Virus record (IMG/VR): IMGVR_UViG_3300026877_000093 | Coordinates: 1 to 11,781 of that record | Reading direction: 5' to 3' (one strand) | DNA: 11,781 nt | Shown here: one piece after another, positions 1 through 8,036 of the stretch | How the letters are laid out: the number at the start of each line of letters is the position of its first letter | Numbering within the stretch: the first letter of the stretch is position 1 | Translations under genes and position numbers: made by a program | Notes under the pieces: model-generated | Told to the model about the DNA's origin: nothing | Databases searched by the model: none | The model's input: only the letters and a program-made list of their open reading frames with translations

Positions 1-1053
1 AAATTGTTGATAAGTAACAGCATAATTCTCAATTTCTGAATTATAAGCTATATTTGTCCCACCTGGTGAAGGGTCATACAAATGCAATTTAAACAAACTG
101 CCAAATATTGAAATTACAGTTTTATCTGCCGTTAAAATAGCAACTAAATCTAGTTGTGTAACATTATTAGGATTAAATTCGGGAATTAAAACCGCAAAAT
201 CTAGAGGTGTATAATCCAAAATCATCCCAAAAATATCCGCAAAATTTTGCAAAATCATACCGTTTTGTAATTGTACTTTATAACTTGGTATTTCTTCAAT
301 ATTTGGGACTAAAACACACCTATCTAGCCACCCAACATCAAGCGCAAGTCCACTATTAATTATTTCGTTTAAATTTGGAATAAACGAAATAACAAACTTA
401 GCTAAATCGGGTAGTTGATTGTAGTTTATATTTAATGTATTTAATAAATCATTAACTCCGGTATTCTGTATATTTTGTAAACTAAAACTATCGGAACTTG
501 TAATACTAGTATTACCAATACCTAAACTAGGTAAATCAACAGAAATATTTGAAACTGGTAATTGAGAAAAATATTTTTCAATTTTTTTACAAGAAGCGTT
601 TTGGTATTCAATTGCTAATGCTGGTTGATAAACGCTTAAACCAAAATAAGTTTCATCAAAAACCGCCGGTTGATACAAAGTTGAACATAGTTTTACATAA
701 TTATCATATAAAGCGGTACTTTGTTGTACAAATTGTAAACCGCTTGCAGTACCAAACAAAGGAGTAAAACCTAGTTGTAAATTTGTAAAACTTGTTATAT
801 CAGAATTAAATGTTGAAATTGCTAAATTATTTAATGAAGAAAGCAAAGTTGTAATAATTGAAGCGTAAGCAATACCATAATTTGTATTTATACCTTCCGG
901 AATTTCAATACTTTCCAATGCCGAAGGTAAAACTGAAGAAACACCGGCGTCAAACATTGATGAAAATGCCGGAAATGTATCCCTTTTTAAAACTTTTTGA
1001 TATAATTTTTGTTTCATCGATGCAATATTTCTTTTACTTAACACAGTAGCCAT
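1..1053 (-). CDS. Minor virion structural protein, SIRV2 ORF488 (gp33)-like; 3' end lies beyond the window edge
   Basis: Manual translation from ATG at 1053 (MATVLSKRNIASMKQKLYQKVLKRDTFPAFSSMFDAG...LDVGWLDRCVLVP...AVTYQQF) is open for 351 codons to position 1. It is absent from the ORF track because its stop is outside the window. Identity is inferred from its divergent position next to GNAT-Hjr, as in SIRV genomes. Confidence 0.8.
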   Translation of the reverse strand, partial: MATVLSKRNIASMKQKLYQKVLKRDTFPAFSSMFDAGVSSVLPSALESIEIPEGINTNYGIAYASIITTLLSSLNNLAISTFNSDITSFTNLQLGFTPLFGTASGLQFVQQSTALYDNYVKLCSTLYQPAVFDETYFGLSVYQPALAIEYQNASCKKIEKYFSQLPVSNISVDLPSLGIGNTSITSSDSFSLQNIQNTGVNDLLNTLNINYNQLPDLAKFVISFIPNLNEIINSGLALDVGWLDRCVLVPNIEEIPSYKVQLQNGMILQNFADIFGMILDYTPLDFAVLIPEFNPNNVTQLDLVAILTADKTVISIFGSLFKLHLYDPSPGGTNIAYNSEIENYAVTYQQF

Positions 1054-1101
1054 AATTACAAATGTGCAGTTAAAAAACAAAAATTCACAATACGCATAAT
1101 G

Positions 1102-1137
1102 TATATATATGTCATACACTGTAATAATTGTTGGTAA
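1102..1137 (+). promoter_or_regulatory. TATA box followed by the rudiviral GTC motif (promoter of the GNAT-Hjr-ORF70 unit)
   Basis: TATATATAT-GTC at 1102-1113. GTC directly after the TATA box is a known SIRV promoter feature. Confidence 0.6.
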
Positions 1138-1139
1138 AT

Positions 1140-1601
1140 ATGGAGTTTGTAATTGAAGAAGCAAAAGAAAAAGAATTAATAAAATTTGCAAGGTTGTTAA
1201 TTGAATTTTATCATTCGCAATCAATACCTCAAGGTAGTGGAGCTGGAAAATATTCCCGTTATTTTTTATATATTGCAAATGAAGAAAACCAAAAATTTAT
1301 AGTTGCAGTTGCGTGGCTTCACGATAATACGCCTTTTCGTTTTATTGCACAAAATTATAATATTCCATTTGACAGGACATATTTTATTAGAAGAATTACA
1401 AAAACGGCACCGGGAGATTACTTAGTTAAATTTTTAATTGATTTAAGTGAAAAACTTAAAAATGACGGGATTGAAGTGTTGTGGACTTTAGGTATGTTAG
1501 GCCATTCAAACGCTTTATATAAAAAAGCCGGTTTTCAACAAATTGGAGAAACAAATAGGACAAAACACCCAATATTTATTAAATGGCTAAATAAGGGGTA
1601 A
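1140..1601 (+). CDS. GNAT-fold acetyltransferase-like protein (SIRV2 ORF154-like), 153 aa
   Basis: ATG at 1140 preferred over TTG at 1128. C-terminal GNAT-type motif (GHSNALYKKAGFQQIGET), beta-strand YFIRRI, and position directly upstream of the resolvase. Confidence 0.75.
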   Translation: MEFVIEEAKEKELIKFARLLIEFYHSQSIPQGSGAGKYSRYFLYIANEENQKFIVAVAWLHDNTPFRFIAQNYNIPFDRTYFIRRITKTAPGDYLVKFLIDLSEKLKNDGIEVLWTLGMLGHSNALYKKAGFQQIGETNRTKHPIFIKWLNKG

Positions 1602-1604
1602 GCC

Positions 1605-1970
1605 ATGAATTTTCGACAATCCGGCAAATATTATGAATATAAAACTTTGGAAATATTAGAAAAAGGTGGTTATAAAGTTTTAAGAATACCAGTTTCTGGA
1701 ACTGGAAAACAAGCACTGCCGGATATTATAGCAACACATAATAACGTAATTTTCGCAATTGAAGTTAAATCTACTTCAAAAAATTATGTTGAAATAGATA
1801 AACAACAAATTGAAAAACTATTCAAATTTTGCGAAATGTTTAATTTTTGTGAATGCAAGACTTTAGTTGTTGTTCATTATAAAAAATATAAAAGTGTCAT
1901 ATTTTATAATTTAAAGCAAGATGTCCGAGGTAAAGAGAAAATCAAGTTTAAGTACGGAAATAACAGCTAA
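1605..1970 (+). CDS. hjc: Archaeal-type Holliday junction resolvase (Hjc family), 121 aa
   Basis: Hjc motifs SGKYYE, GYKVLRIPVSG, PDIIA and AIEVKS (PD-(D/E)xK). Same length as SIRV ORF121. Confidence 0.95.
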   Translation: MNFRQSGKYYEYKTLEILEKGGYKVLRIPVSGTGKQALPDIIATHNNVIFAIEVKSTSKNYVEIDKQQIEKLFKFCEMFNFCECKTLVVVHYKKYKSVIFYNLKQDVRGKEKIKFKYGNNS

Positions 1971-2133
1971 ACTTTATTTAGCGCTTGATGATTTAACAAT
2001 GGCGTTAGCCACGTGTAACGATGAAAATGTAAGAAAAAGCGAAGTTTTTCAAAAAGCGTTAGAAGTTGTAAAAATTGTTAAAGAAATGAGAAAATTGCAA
2101 GTAAAGGGGGAAAGTGAGAAACCAAATGAGTAA
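1921..2133 (+). CDS. Small helical protein (SIRV2 ORF69-like), 70 aa, overlapping hjc by 50 nt
   Basis: ATG start, amphipathic helical sequence, and size and position matching the small gene after the resolvase in SIRVs. Confidence 0.7.
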   Translation: MSEVKRKSSLSTEITAKLYLALDDLTMALATCNDENVRKSEVFQKALEVVKIVKEMRKLQVKGESEKPNE

Positions 2134-2178
2134 GCTTTAAATTAAAAGGTAAAAATTTTTTGAATTTTACCAGTATCA

Positions 2179-2192
2179 TTTATATTTTTGTT
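2179..2192 (+). promoter_or_regulatory. TATA box for a leaderless transcript of the fibre gene
   Basis: TTTATATT at -33..-26 from ATG 2212, with no RBS upstream of the ATG. Confidence 0.5.
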
Positions 2193-2211
2193 TTGCAGTA
2201 ATATAAATAAT

Positions 2212-5200
2212 ATGAGTACAATATTTGACTTAGGAGCTATTGGTACGTTTTTCTCTGATGAGATATCAGCGTTAGAAAACTTTGCAAATTGGGTAAGTTC
2301 AACATTTATAAATTTTATGAACGCAATAACCACAGATATACAAAATACATTTAGTTTTATAGGCCAAGCAATTAGCGATATACCTACTTTTATGCAAAAT
2401 ATTGCAACTGATTTTCTCACAATTTTACAAAATTTTGTCCAAACTGCGATACCAATTATACAAGGTTTTTTAAGTTGGCTTGAACAACAAATTGTAAACG
2501 CTTTTCAAGTTTTATCATCAATCGCTTCACAATTTATAAATGATGCTTATGGTTTTTTTCAAAACATTGCAAATGTGTTTTCGCAAATAATTGCAACAGT
2601 TGTGCAAGACTTTTTATCCGGCTTTGGTTCAAATATGTTGCGCATAGCGCCGGCAATTTCACAAATTGTACAATTTTTAACTCCTTTTATAGCTCCGATA
2701 ACAATTGGCAAATTTTTACCTGCAATTTCAGAAAAATTAGCTGAAATTTTACCTGAAATTGAAATTTCTTTGGCACCAATTGGTTTAGGTGGTAGAATCC
2801 CAATAAAATTTGGAGAAATTATAAAAGCTTTTGCAGAATCTGGAGTTGATTTTTTAAATGAAGTTAGACAAGAAATACAAGTTACTCTTAAGGAATTTTT
2901 AAAAGAACCTTTTGTTGCAGATTTTAAAATAACTGCAAGAGAAATATTTAATAACATAGGTCTTGGAGATTTACCGTTTGCTGATCCACCATTTCGAGAA
3001 ATTGCGAAATGGGTAGCTGTTAGGTCATTTTCCGAAATTCAAGACCATTTAAGTGAAACAATTTTATTAACTGGTTTCCCCGCTTGGTTTACTAACGCTT
3101 ATTTAACACCTCCGGCTAATGATTTTGTACCTTTAAACCCTATATTTAAACCCGTCTCAATTCGTGATGTTATTTTAGGTGCACAATTCGGAATTTTGAA
3201 TTTTGACGCTGTTTCACAATATTCATATAATAATTTAATAACTCCAAGAACTGCACAATTAATGTATAAAAATGAGACGGCACGTTTATTGCAAAAAGCA
3301 GTTGAAGAAGGCATTAGACAATTTGTAGTAACACCTTCGCAAGCTTATGAAGAAATTATTAAAAATATTAATTTAGCCGGCAAAGACCTATTTTTAAAAG
3401 TTTTTGACCTTGAATACCAATACGCAACACAAAGACTTATAAGGCAATTTTTAAGATCACTTTTAAGTAGGGCATTAACAAATTTTGGAAGGCCTTACAT
3501 TGATTTAAAGTTTTTACAAACAACAATACAAACTTTATTTAAAAGTTTAGGCTATCCAACACAGGTAGAACAAGTTTTTAATATCATGATTGAAGAATCG
3601 CAAATTGTTTATACTAACCAATTGTTATTAACGCAATTACAACAAATTGTGAGATTGGGGATATTTAATGAAAAAGAAATAAAATCAGAATTAAAAGCTA
3701 ATAATTTTAATGAAAATGTAGCACTAGCAATTTTACAAGGAGAGCTTAAATACATACAATTACAACATTTGCTAAAAGAATTTCAGTTTAAATTACAAAA
3801 TTATATTATAAGTAGTAGAGACGCAGAAAAAGGATTAAAAAGCTTAGGTTTCGATAATTCAATAATTTCTGAGACAATTTTTGAGTACCAAACTGCACCA
3901 CTTATAAAATATCAAATTTCGCAAATTGAAAGTTTAGCCAGAAAAGGGTATTTAAGTGTTGACGAAATTAAAAAAGAGCTAAATGCAATAGGTGTTATAA
4001 AAGAGTTTGAAGATGTGTTTTTAAATTACCTAAACCAAGAAATTGCCATATCTTCAACTTTAAATATACTAAGACAACAATTAAGAAGCTTTTTAGTTGA
4101 TCCCAAATTTGTGGAAACAGAATTAAGAAAATTAAAAGTAAATGATTATTTGGTAAATGAAATAATACAAGAAGAATATAATATAAACATTGCAAAACTC
4201 CAATTTTCATTAATTGAAAGTATTGCAAAAGTTCTTTATTTCGACCAACAACAATTAAATACAGAACTAGGAAAAATTGTAAAAGATAAAACTGCAATTG
4301 ACATTTATACACAAAAGTTTTATTTTGAATACATATATCCAAAAATTATAAGTTATTATACACAGTTGGCAAGACACGGCATTTCTGCAAATATTTCAAA
4401 ATTACCGAAAGATATTGTAGAATATGAAATTAAACCGGCAATTCAAGTTTTTCAATTAACAACAGAATTAGAATATATAAAAACATTATTAAAAGATTTA
4501 CAAATAACTCCAACTTCTGCAATAAATAGACTTGAAAATTTAGGTATGCAAAAAGATTTAGCTAATTTATTTGTACAAACTTACATACCCACATTTTACA
4601 GTTTACACACAATTATTAGTAATATAGTACAAGGAGAACTTTTCAAAGTTGGTAAAATACCAGTAAACTTAGGTAATGCCGAAAATGAATTAAGAAAATT
4701 AGGAATTCCAGATAATCAAATAAAAGTGTTGTTGGAACAATACGCTTCAACATTTGGTTTGGAAATTTGGAGAAAATATTTACCTTCACTTTCTAACATT
4801 GAAAATGCAATCAAATATAATTATCCGCTTAATCAACTTGTTGAATATTCGTTTATACCATCAGAACTGTTAAATTTACACGTTAATTTATTTCAACAAA
4901 TTTTTATAGGAGAATATGTACAATCTCTTAAAAATGAATATATCCAACTTTTAGTTTACGGCGTGCAAAATACACAGCTAGAAAGTTTATTAAAGCAATA
5001 TGGTATTAATGACGTTTTATTAGGTATTTACAAATTATCAGCACAAATTAGAAAATTATTAATGGCTTACCAAGAACTTTACATTACACCTTCAAAAGCT
5101 TTAACAATAAGTGAATATGTATCAAATCCAACACAGTTATTGCAAAAAGTATTTAGTGAATTTCAAGTTCCTAGTGATTTACAAAATACTTATCTCGAGT

Positions 5201-5388
5201 ATGCAATAAATAGAAGAGTTAGAACTTACATAAACGAAATAATCTCGACAATCAGTTTATTATTTGAAAAACAGAAAATTGACTTGAATACTGCACAATC
5301 ATACTTACAACAACTCAAGAAATATGGTTTGACTGATGAAGAAGTACAATTAATAATATTAAATTGGCAATTACGCTCAGCTTACTAA
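2212..5388 (+). CDS. Large minor virion protein / terminal fibre protein (SIRV2 ORF1070, gp38-like), 1058 aa
   Basis: ATG at 2212 preferred over TTG at 2188. Largest ORF, helical with 11-aa and 48-aa periodicities. Size and synteny match the rudiviral fibre protein. Confidence 0.88.
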   Translation: MSTIFDLGAIGTFFSDEISALENFANWVSSTFINFMNAITTDIQNTFSFIGQAISDIPTFMQNIATDFLTILQNFVQTAIPIIQGFLSWLEQQIVNAFQVLSSIASQFINDAYGFFQNIANVFSQIIATVVQDFLSGFGSNMLRIAPAISQIVQFLTPFIAPITIGKFLPAISEKLAEILPEIEISLAPIGLGGRIPIKFGEIIKAFAESGVDFLNEVRQEIQVTLKEFLKEPFVADFKITAREIFNNIGLGDLPFADPPFREIAKWVAVRSFSEIQDHLSETILLTGFPAWFTNAYLTPPANDFVPLNPIFKPVSIRDVILGAQFGILNFDAVSQYSYNNLITPRTAQLMYKNETARLLQKAVEEGIRQFVVTPSQAYEEIIKNINLAGKDLFLKVFDLEYQYATQRLIRQFLRSLLSRALTNFGRPYIDLKFLQTTIQTLFKSLGYPTQVEQVFNIMIEESQIVYTNQLLLTQLQQIVRLGIFNEKEIKSELKANNFNENVALAILQGELKYIQLQHLLKEFQFKLQNYIISSRDAEKGLKSLGFDNSIISETIFEYQTAPLIKYQISQIESLARKGYLSVDEIKKELNAIGVIKEFEDVFLNYLNQEIAISSTLNILRQQLRSFLVDPKFVETELRKLKVNDYLVNEIIQEEYNINIAKLQFSLIESIAKVLYFDQQQLNTELGKIVKDKTAIDIYTQKFYFEYIYPKIISYYTQLARHGISANISKLPKDIVEYEIKPAIQVFQLTTELEYIKTLLKDLQITPTSAINRLENLGMQKDLANLFVQTYIPTFYSLHTIISNIVQGELFKVGKIPVNLGNAENELRKLGIPDNQIKVLLEQYASTFGLEIWRKYLPSLSNIENAIKYNYPLNQLVEYSFIPSELLNLHVNLFQQIFIGEYVQSLKNEYIQLLVYGVQNTQLESLLKQYGINDVLLGIYKLSAQIRKLLMAYQELYITPSKALTISEYVSNPTQLLQKVFSEFQVPSDLQNTYLEYAINRRVRTYINEIISTISLLFEKQKIDLNTAQSYLQQLKKYGLTDEEVQLIILNWQLRSAY

Positions 5389-5422
5389 ATAAATATGAAA
5401 AGGAAGACAACAGTACTGTGCT

Positions 5423-5485
5423 ATATACATAATATTATAAATGAGGTGAGTACAGTTTTTTACGTCAACTCACATAATATAACAT
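5423..5485 (+). promoter_or_regulatory. Promoter region of ORF530-ORF316: upstream element ATATACATAATAT, T-rich box and GTC
   Basis: TTTTTTAC-GTC with G at -22. The 13-bp element at -63..-51 recurs at the same offset upstream of ORF269. Confidence 0.65.
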
Positions 5486-7078
5486 ATGGCTTTACCATAC
5501 ACTGTTAATTATAAATTGCCCTTAGAATATTTAACTTTGCAAGAGTGGAATAACTTCATACAAAATTTATTATTTTTAAATCAATATGGCTCAGCTCAAT
5601 TGTTACAATATTTCCAAAACGGTAGTTTTCAAAATTTAAATGAAGTAATTGCAAAGTATTTAAGTGTTGCAAGTTTGAAAATAAACGGTTATAACGCTTT
5701 ACATAACTTGTCAGAACCACAAGCGTATACTTTTGGCACGGGAAACCAACAACCGTTTCAAAACATGGCAAACAGACCGTTTTTTGGATTAGAAACTATA
5801 ACACCGCCAACTCTAAACTTTCAAGTACAATTACAACCGTTGGCTAAACAATTGCAATTATTAATTCCAAATTTAATAAGTAAAATTACCGTACCAAACT
5901 ATGTAGCAGGCACTCAATTTCAATTTTCCGGTTCTGCGACTGTACAAAATTTAATACAAAATTATTTTGACCCTTCATATTTACAAACTTGGAGAGAAAT
6001 AATAATTCAAAATTTAGGCAATAACGCAGTGCAAATAAACAATGCAATATATTTAATGCCTAAACAATGTTTAAAAATAACTGCGAGTTCTCCATCAGAA
6101 ATACAATTAACTGCACAAAGTCCGACACTTTTAAGCGAAACAATTGGTTTTATTGGGACTCCAATATCTACTTATGTAATTACAATAACAAATAATCAGC
6201 CAAACCCAACACCTTCACCGTTTCAACAATTGCTAATTCTAAATTTATCAACTCTTTTATCAAGTGCAAGTCAGCTTTTAAACTTGCAATTTTGTTTAGA
6301 CCCTCAATGTAATACTCCATTATATGCTTGGATTGAACAAAATAATTTAACTAATGCTTATATTTGGGTAAAAATCCCAACTTCAATTCCAGCAAATGGT
6401 TCATTAACTATTTATATGTTTATACAAAATTCAATTCAATACCCTTACACTGGAATGGCCCCATATTTATCTTCTACATATGCACAATATGATAATGGAG
6501 GAAATGTATTTAATTTTTATGATAATTTTAAAGGGACTACATTAAACCCGGCATGGACAGTCCCTTCAGGTTTTAGTTACCAAGTAAATAACGGTTTTAT
6601 CGCTGAACCTTCCAGCGGTTCTGCTCCTTCTGCATATAATTTAAATGTTCAAGAAACATCATCGATAATAGCAGAATGGGCTTTAAATATGTCATCTACC
6701 ACATATTCTAGAAATTATACATATTTTCAGCTAAATAGGTATACAGGATACTCAAACATGCATATGTTAGGCGTATCAGGGTCTGATACACTTTTTAATA
6801 ATAATACAAAAATTAATACTGTTTCTATTTCTTCGTCAGGAATACAAATTTTTGGAGTACGGAATGGTGGGACAACAGTAACATGGTATTATGAAGGTAA
6901 TTCGTATACTAATAATTCTGTAACTGCAGAAACTGATTATCTTGCACTTGGATGGGCTTATAACGCACAAAGTTACAATTTTCCTACAATATATTGGGTT
7001 AGGACTAGAGCTTATCCTCCAAATGGAGTAATGCCTTCAAATTCTCAACCGCAACAAACTATAGTATTTGTAGGTTAA
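5486..7078 (+). CDS. Minor virion protein (SIRV2 ORF564, gp39-like) with a C-terminal DUF2341-like / lectin-like region, 530 aa
   Basis: Follows the fibre gene. From aa ~229 it has DUF2341-type motifs (ITITNNQ..PTPSPFQQ, PLYAWIE, IWVKIP.SIPANGSLTIYM, YDNG.NVF.FYDNF) and ends in WVRTRAYPPNGVMPS. Confidence 0.8.
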   Translation: MALPYTVNYKLPLEYLTLQEWNNFIQNLLFLNQYGSAQLLQYFQNGSFQNLNEVIAKYLSVASLKINGYNALHNLSEPQAYTFGTGNQQPFQNMANRPFFGLETITPPTLNFQVQLQPLAKQLQLLIPNLISKITVPNYVAGTQFQFSGSATVQNLIQNYFDPSYLQTWREIIIQNLGNNAVQINNAIYLMPKQCLKITASSPSEIQLTAQSPTLLSETIGFIGTPISTYVITITNNQPNPTPSPFQQLLILNLSTLLSSASQLLNLQFCLDPQCNTPLYAWIEQNNLTNAYIWVKIPTSIPANGSLTIYMFIQNSIQYPYTGMAPYLSSTYAQYDNGGNVFNFYDNFKGTTLNPAWTVPSGFSYQVNNGFIAEPSSGSAPSAYNLNVQETSSIIAEWALNMSSTTYSRNYTYFQLNRYTGYSNMHMLGVSGSDTLFNNNTKINTVSISSSGIQIFGVRNGGTTVTWYYEGNSYTNNSVTAETDYLALGWAYNAQSYNFPTIYWVRTRAYPPNGVMPSNSQPQQTIVFVG

Positions 7079-7085
7079 TAAAACA

Positions 7086-8036
7086 ATGACCATCGCGACT
7101 ACTACTCAATGCACTGATGTTTACCAAATTGCTAATTTGTTATCTCCACCAAGTAAATATTCAATAATTTCTTCTTCACTATGGAATGAAATTGTACAAG
7201 ATTTATATTTAACATATAGCGTATTTCAATATATTAATTTTTTATCAGCATTTCCATATACAGATTATATATTTCCTGCAATTCAACAATTTAATAATTT
7301 TCCGCAAAATTTTACGCCTTATACTTTTACCCCTTTACTTAATGCCCAAACGGGTACACCGCTTAACGCTGATGATTTTAACAACTTAATAAACGCAATT
7401 ATAGAATTAGCAAATATGGCTAATATACAATTACAAACAAAATTAAATTATGTACAACCGAACGAAATTGTTAAAGCTTCGCAATTTGCAAATGTAATTT
7501 ATGCAGTAAATCAATTATTAACTTTTAATTATAATACTTATTTTATTTTAAGTTGTTCAGGTGCCGAATTTATTAACCTACTAAGCACGCAAACTGCATT
7601 TTTAAATGTATTAATATACAACTTAAGCAATAACCTATCAGTTTCAAACAATACTTATATAAAAAATTTACTTTTAAATTCTTTGAGTCAAAACATTTAT
7701 AACTATGGAATAATTGATAAATTAGTAATTGTATCAAGTAATGGAAACATTTATCTTTATAATGATGCATTTATTAACTCTTTAACCATAAATAATAATA
7801 TTCAAAATATTTATGTAAATGATAGTTCTTCAATTGAAACATTATCAATTTCATACAATACTGGTAAAATTTACCTTAATGGAAATGCATTTATTAATAC
7901 TTTAACCATAAATACCCAAAATGGTTATATTTATGTAAATGATAATTCCGTAATAAATAATTTAATTTGTAATACAAATGTAGGAGCAGTTATTATAGCA
8001 CCTACTGCAGTAGTTATAAATAACCAGTGCACTTAA
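7086..8036 (+). CDS. Conserved rudiviral protein (SIRV2 ORF309-like) with C-terminal 20-aa beta-solenoid-type repeats, 316 aa
   Basis: Starts 7 nt after the ORF530 stop. Asn/Ile-rich repeats of the form IY(L/V)NxxxxIxxLxIxxxxG. Confidence 0.75.
   Translation: MTIATTTQCTDVYQIANLLSPPSKYSIISSSLWNEIVQDLYLTYSVFQYINFLSAFPYTDYIFPAIQQFNNFPQNFTPYTFTPLLNAQTGTPLNADDFNNLINAIIELANMANIQLQTKLNYVQPNEIVKASQFANVIYAVNQLLTFNYNTYFILSCSGAEFINLLSTQTAFLNVLIYNLSNNLSVSNNTYIKNLLLNSLSQNIYNYGIIDKLVIVSSNGNIYLYNDAFINSLTINNNIQNIYVNDSSSIETLSISYNTGKIYLNGNAFINTLTINTQNGYIYVNDNSVINNLICNTNVGAVIIAPTAVVINNQCT
7741..7980 (+). repeat. Imperfect intragenic tandem repeat, 4 x 60 bp arranged as 2 x 120 bp
   Basis: ATGCATTTATTAA..CTTTAACCATAAATA is shared by the units at 7741 and 7861. 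ATATTTATGTAAATGATA is shared by the units at 7801 and 7921. Confidence 0.8.

Noticed and set aside
549-1049. Plus-strand ORFs 549-767 and 858-1049
   Set aside because: Antisense shadows of the long minus-strand gene 1-1053, with TTG starts and no motifs.
2145-2158. AAAGGTAAAAATTT also found on the minus strand at 11756-11743, both upstream of TATA boxes
   Set aside because: A low-complexity 14-mer in AT-rich DNA in front of genes of apparently different classes; a chance match cannot be excluded.
2142-5771. Minus-strand ORFs 2142-2420, 2559-2957, 3099-3314, 3995-4342 and 5556-5771
   Set aside because: Antisense to the fibre gene or ORF530, with no recognisable features.
2212-7078. Rudiviral 12-bp indel elements, or diversity-generating retroelement-type variation in the virion genes
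   Set aside because: Indels need comparison with variant genomes. No reverse transcriptase or template/variable repeat pair is visible.
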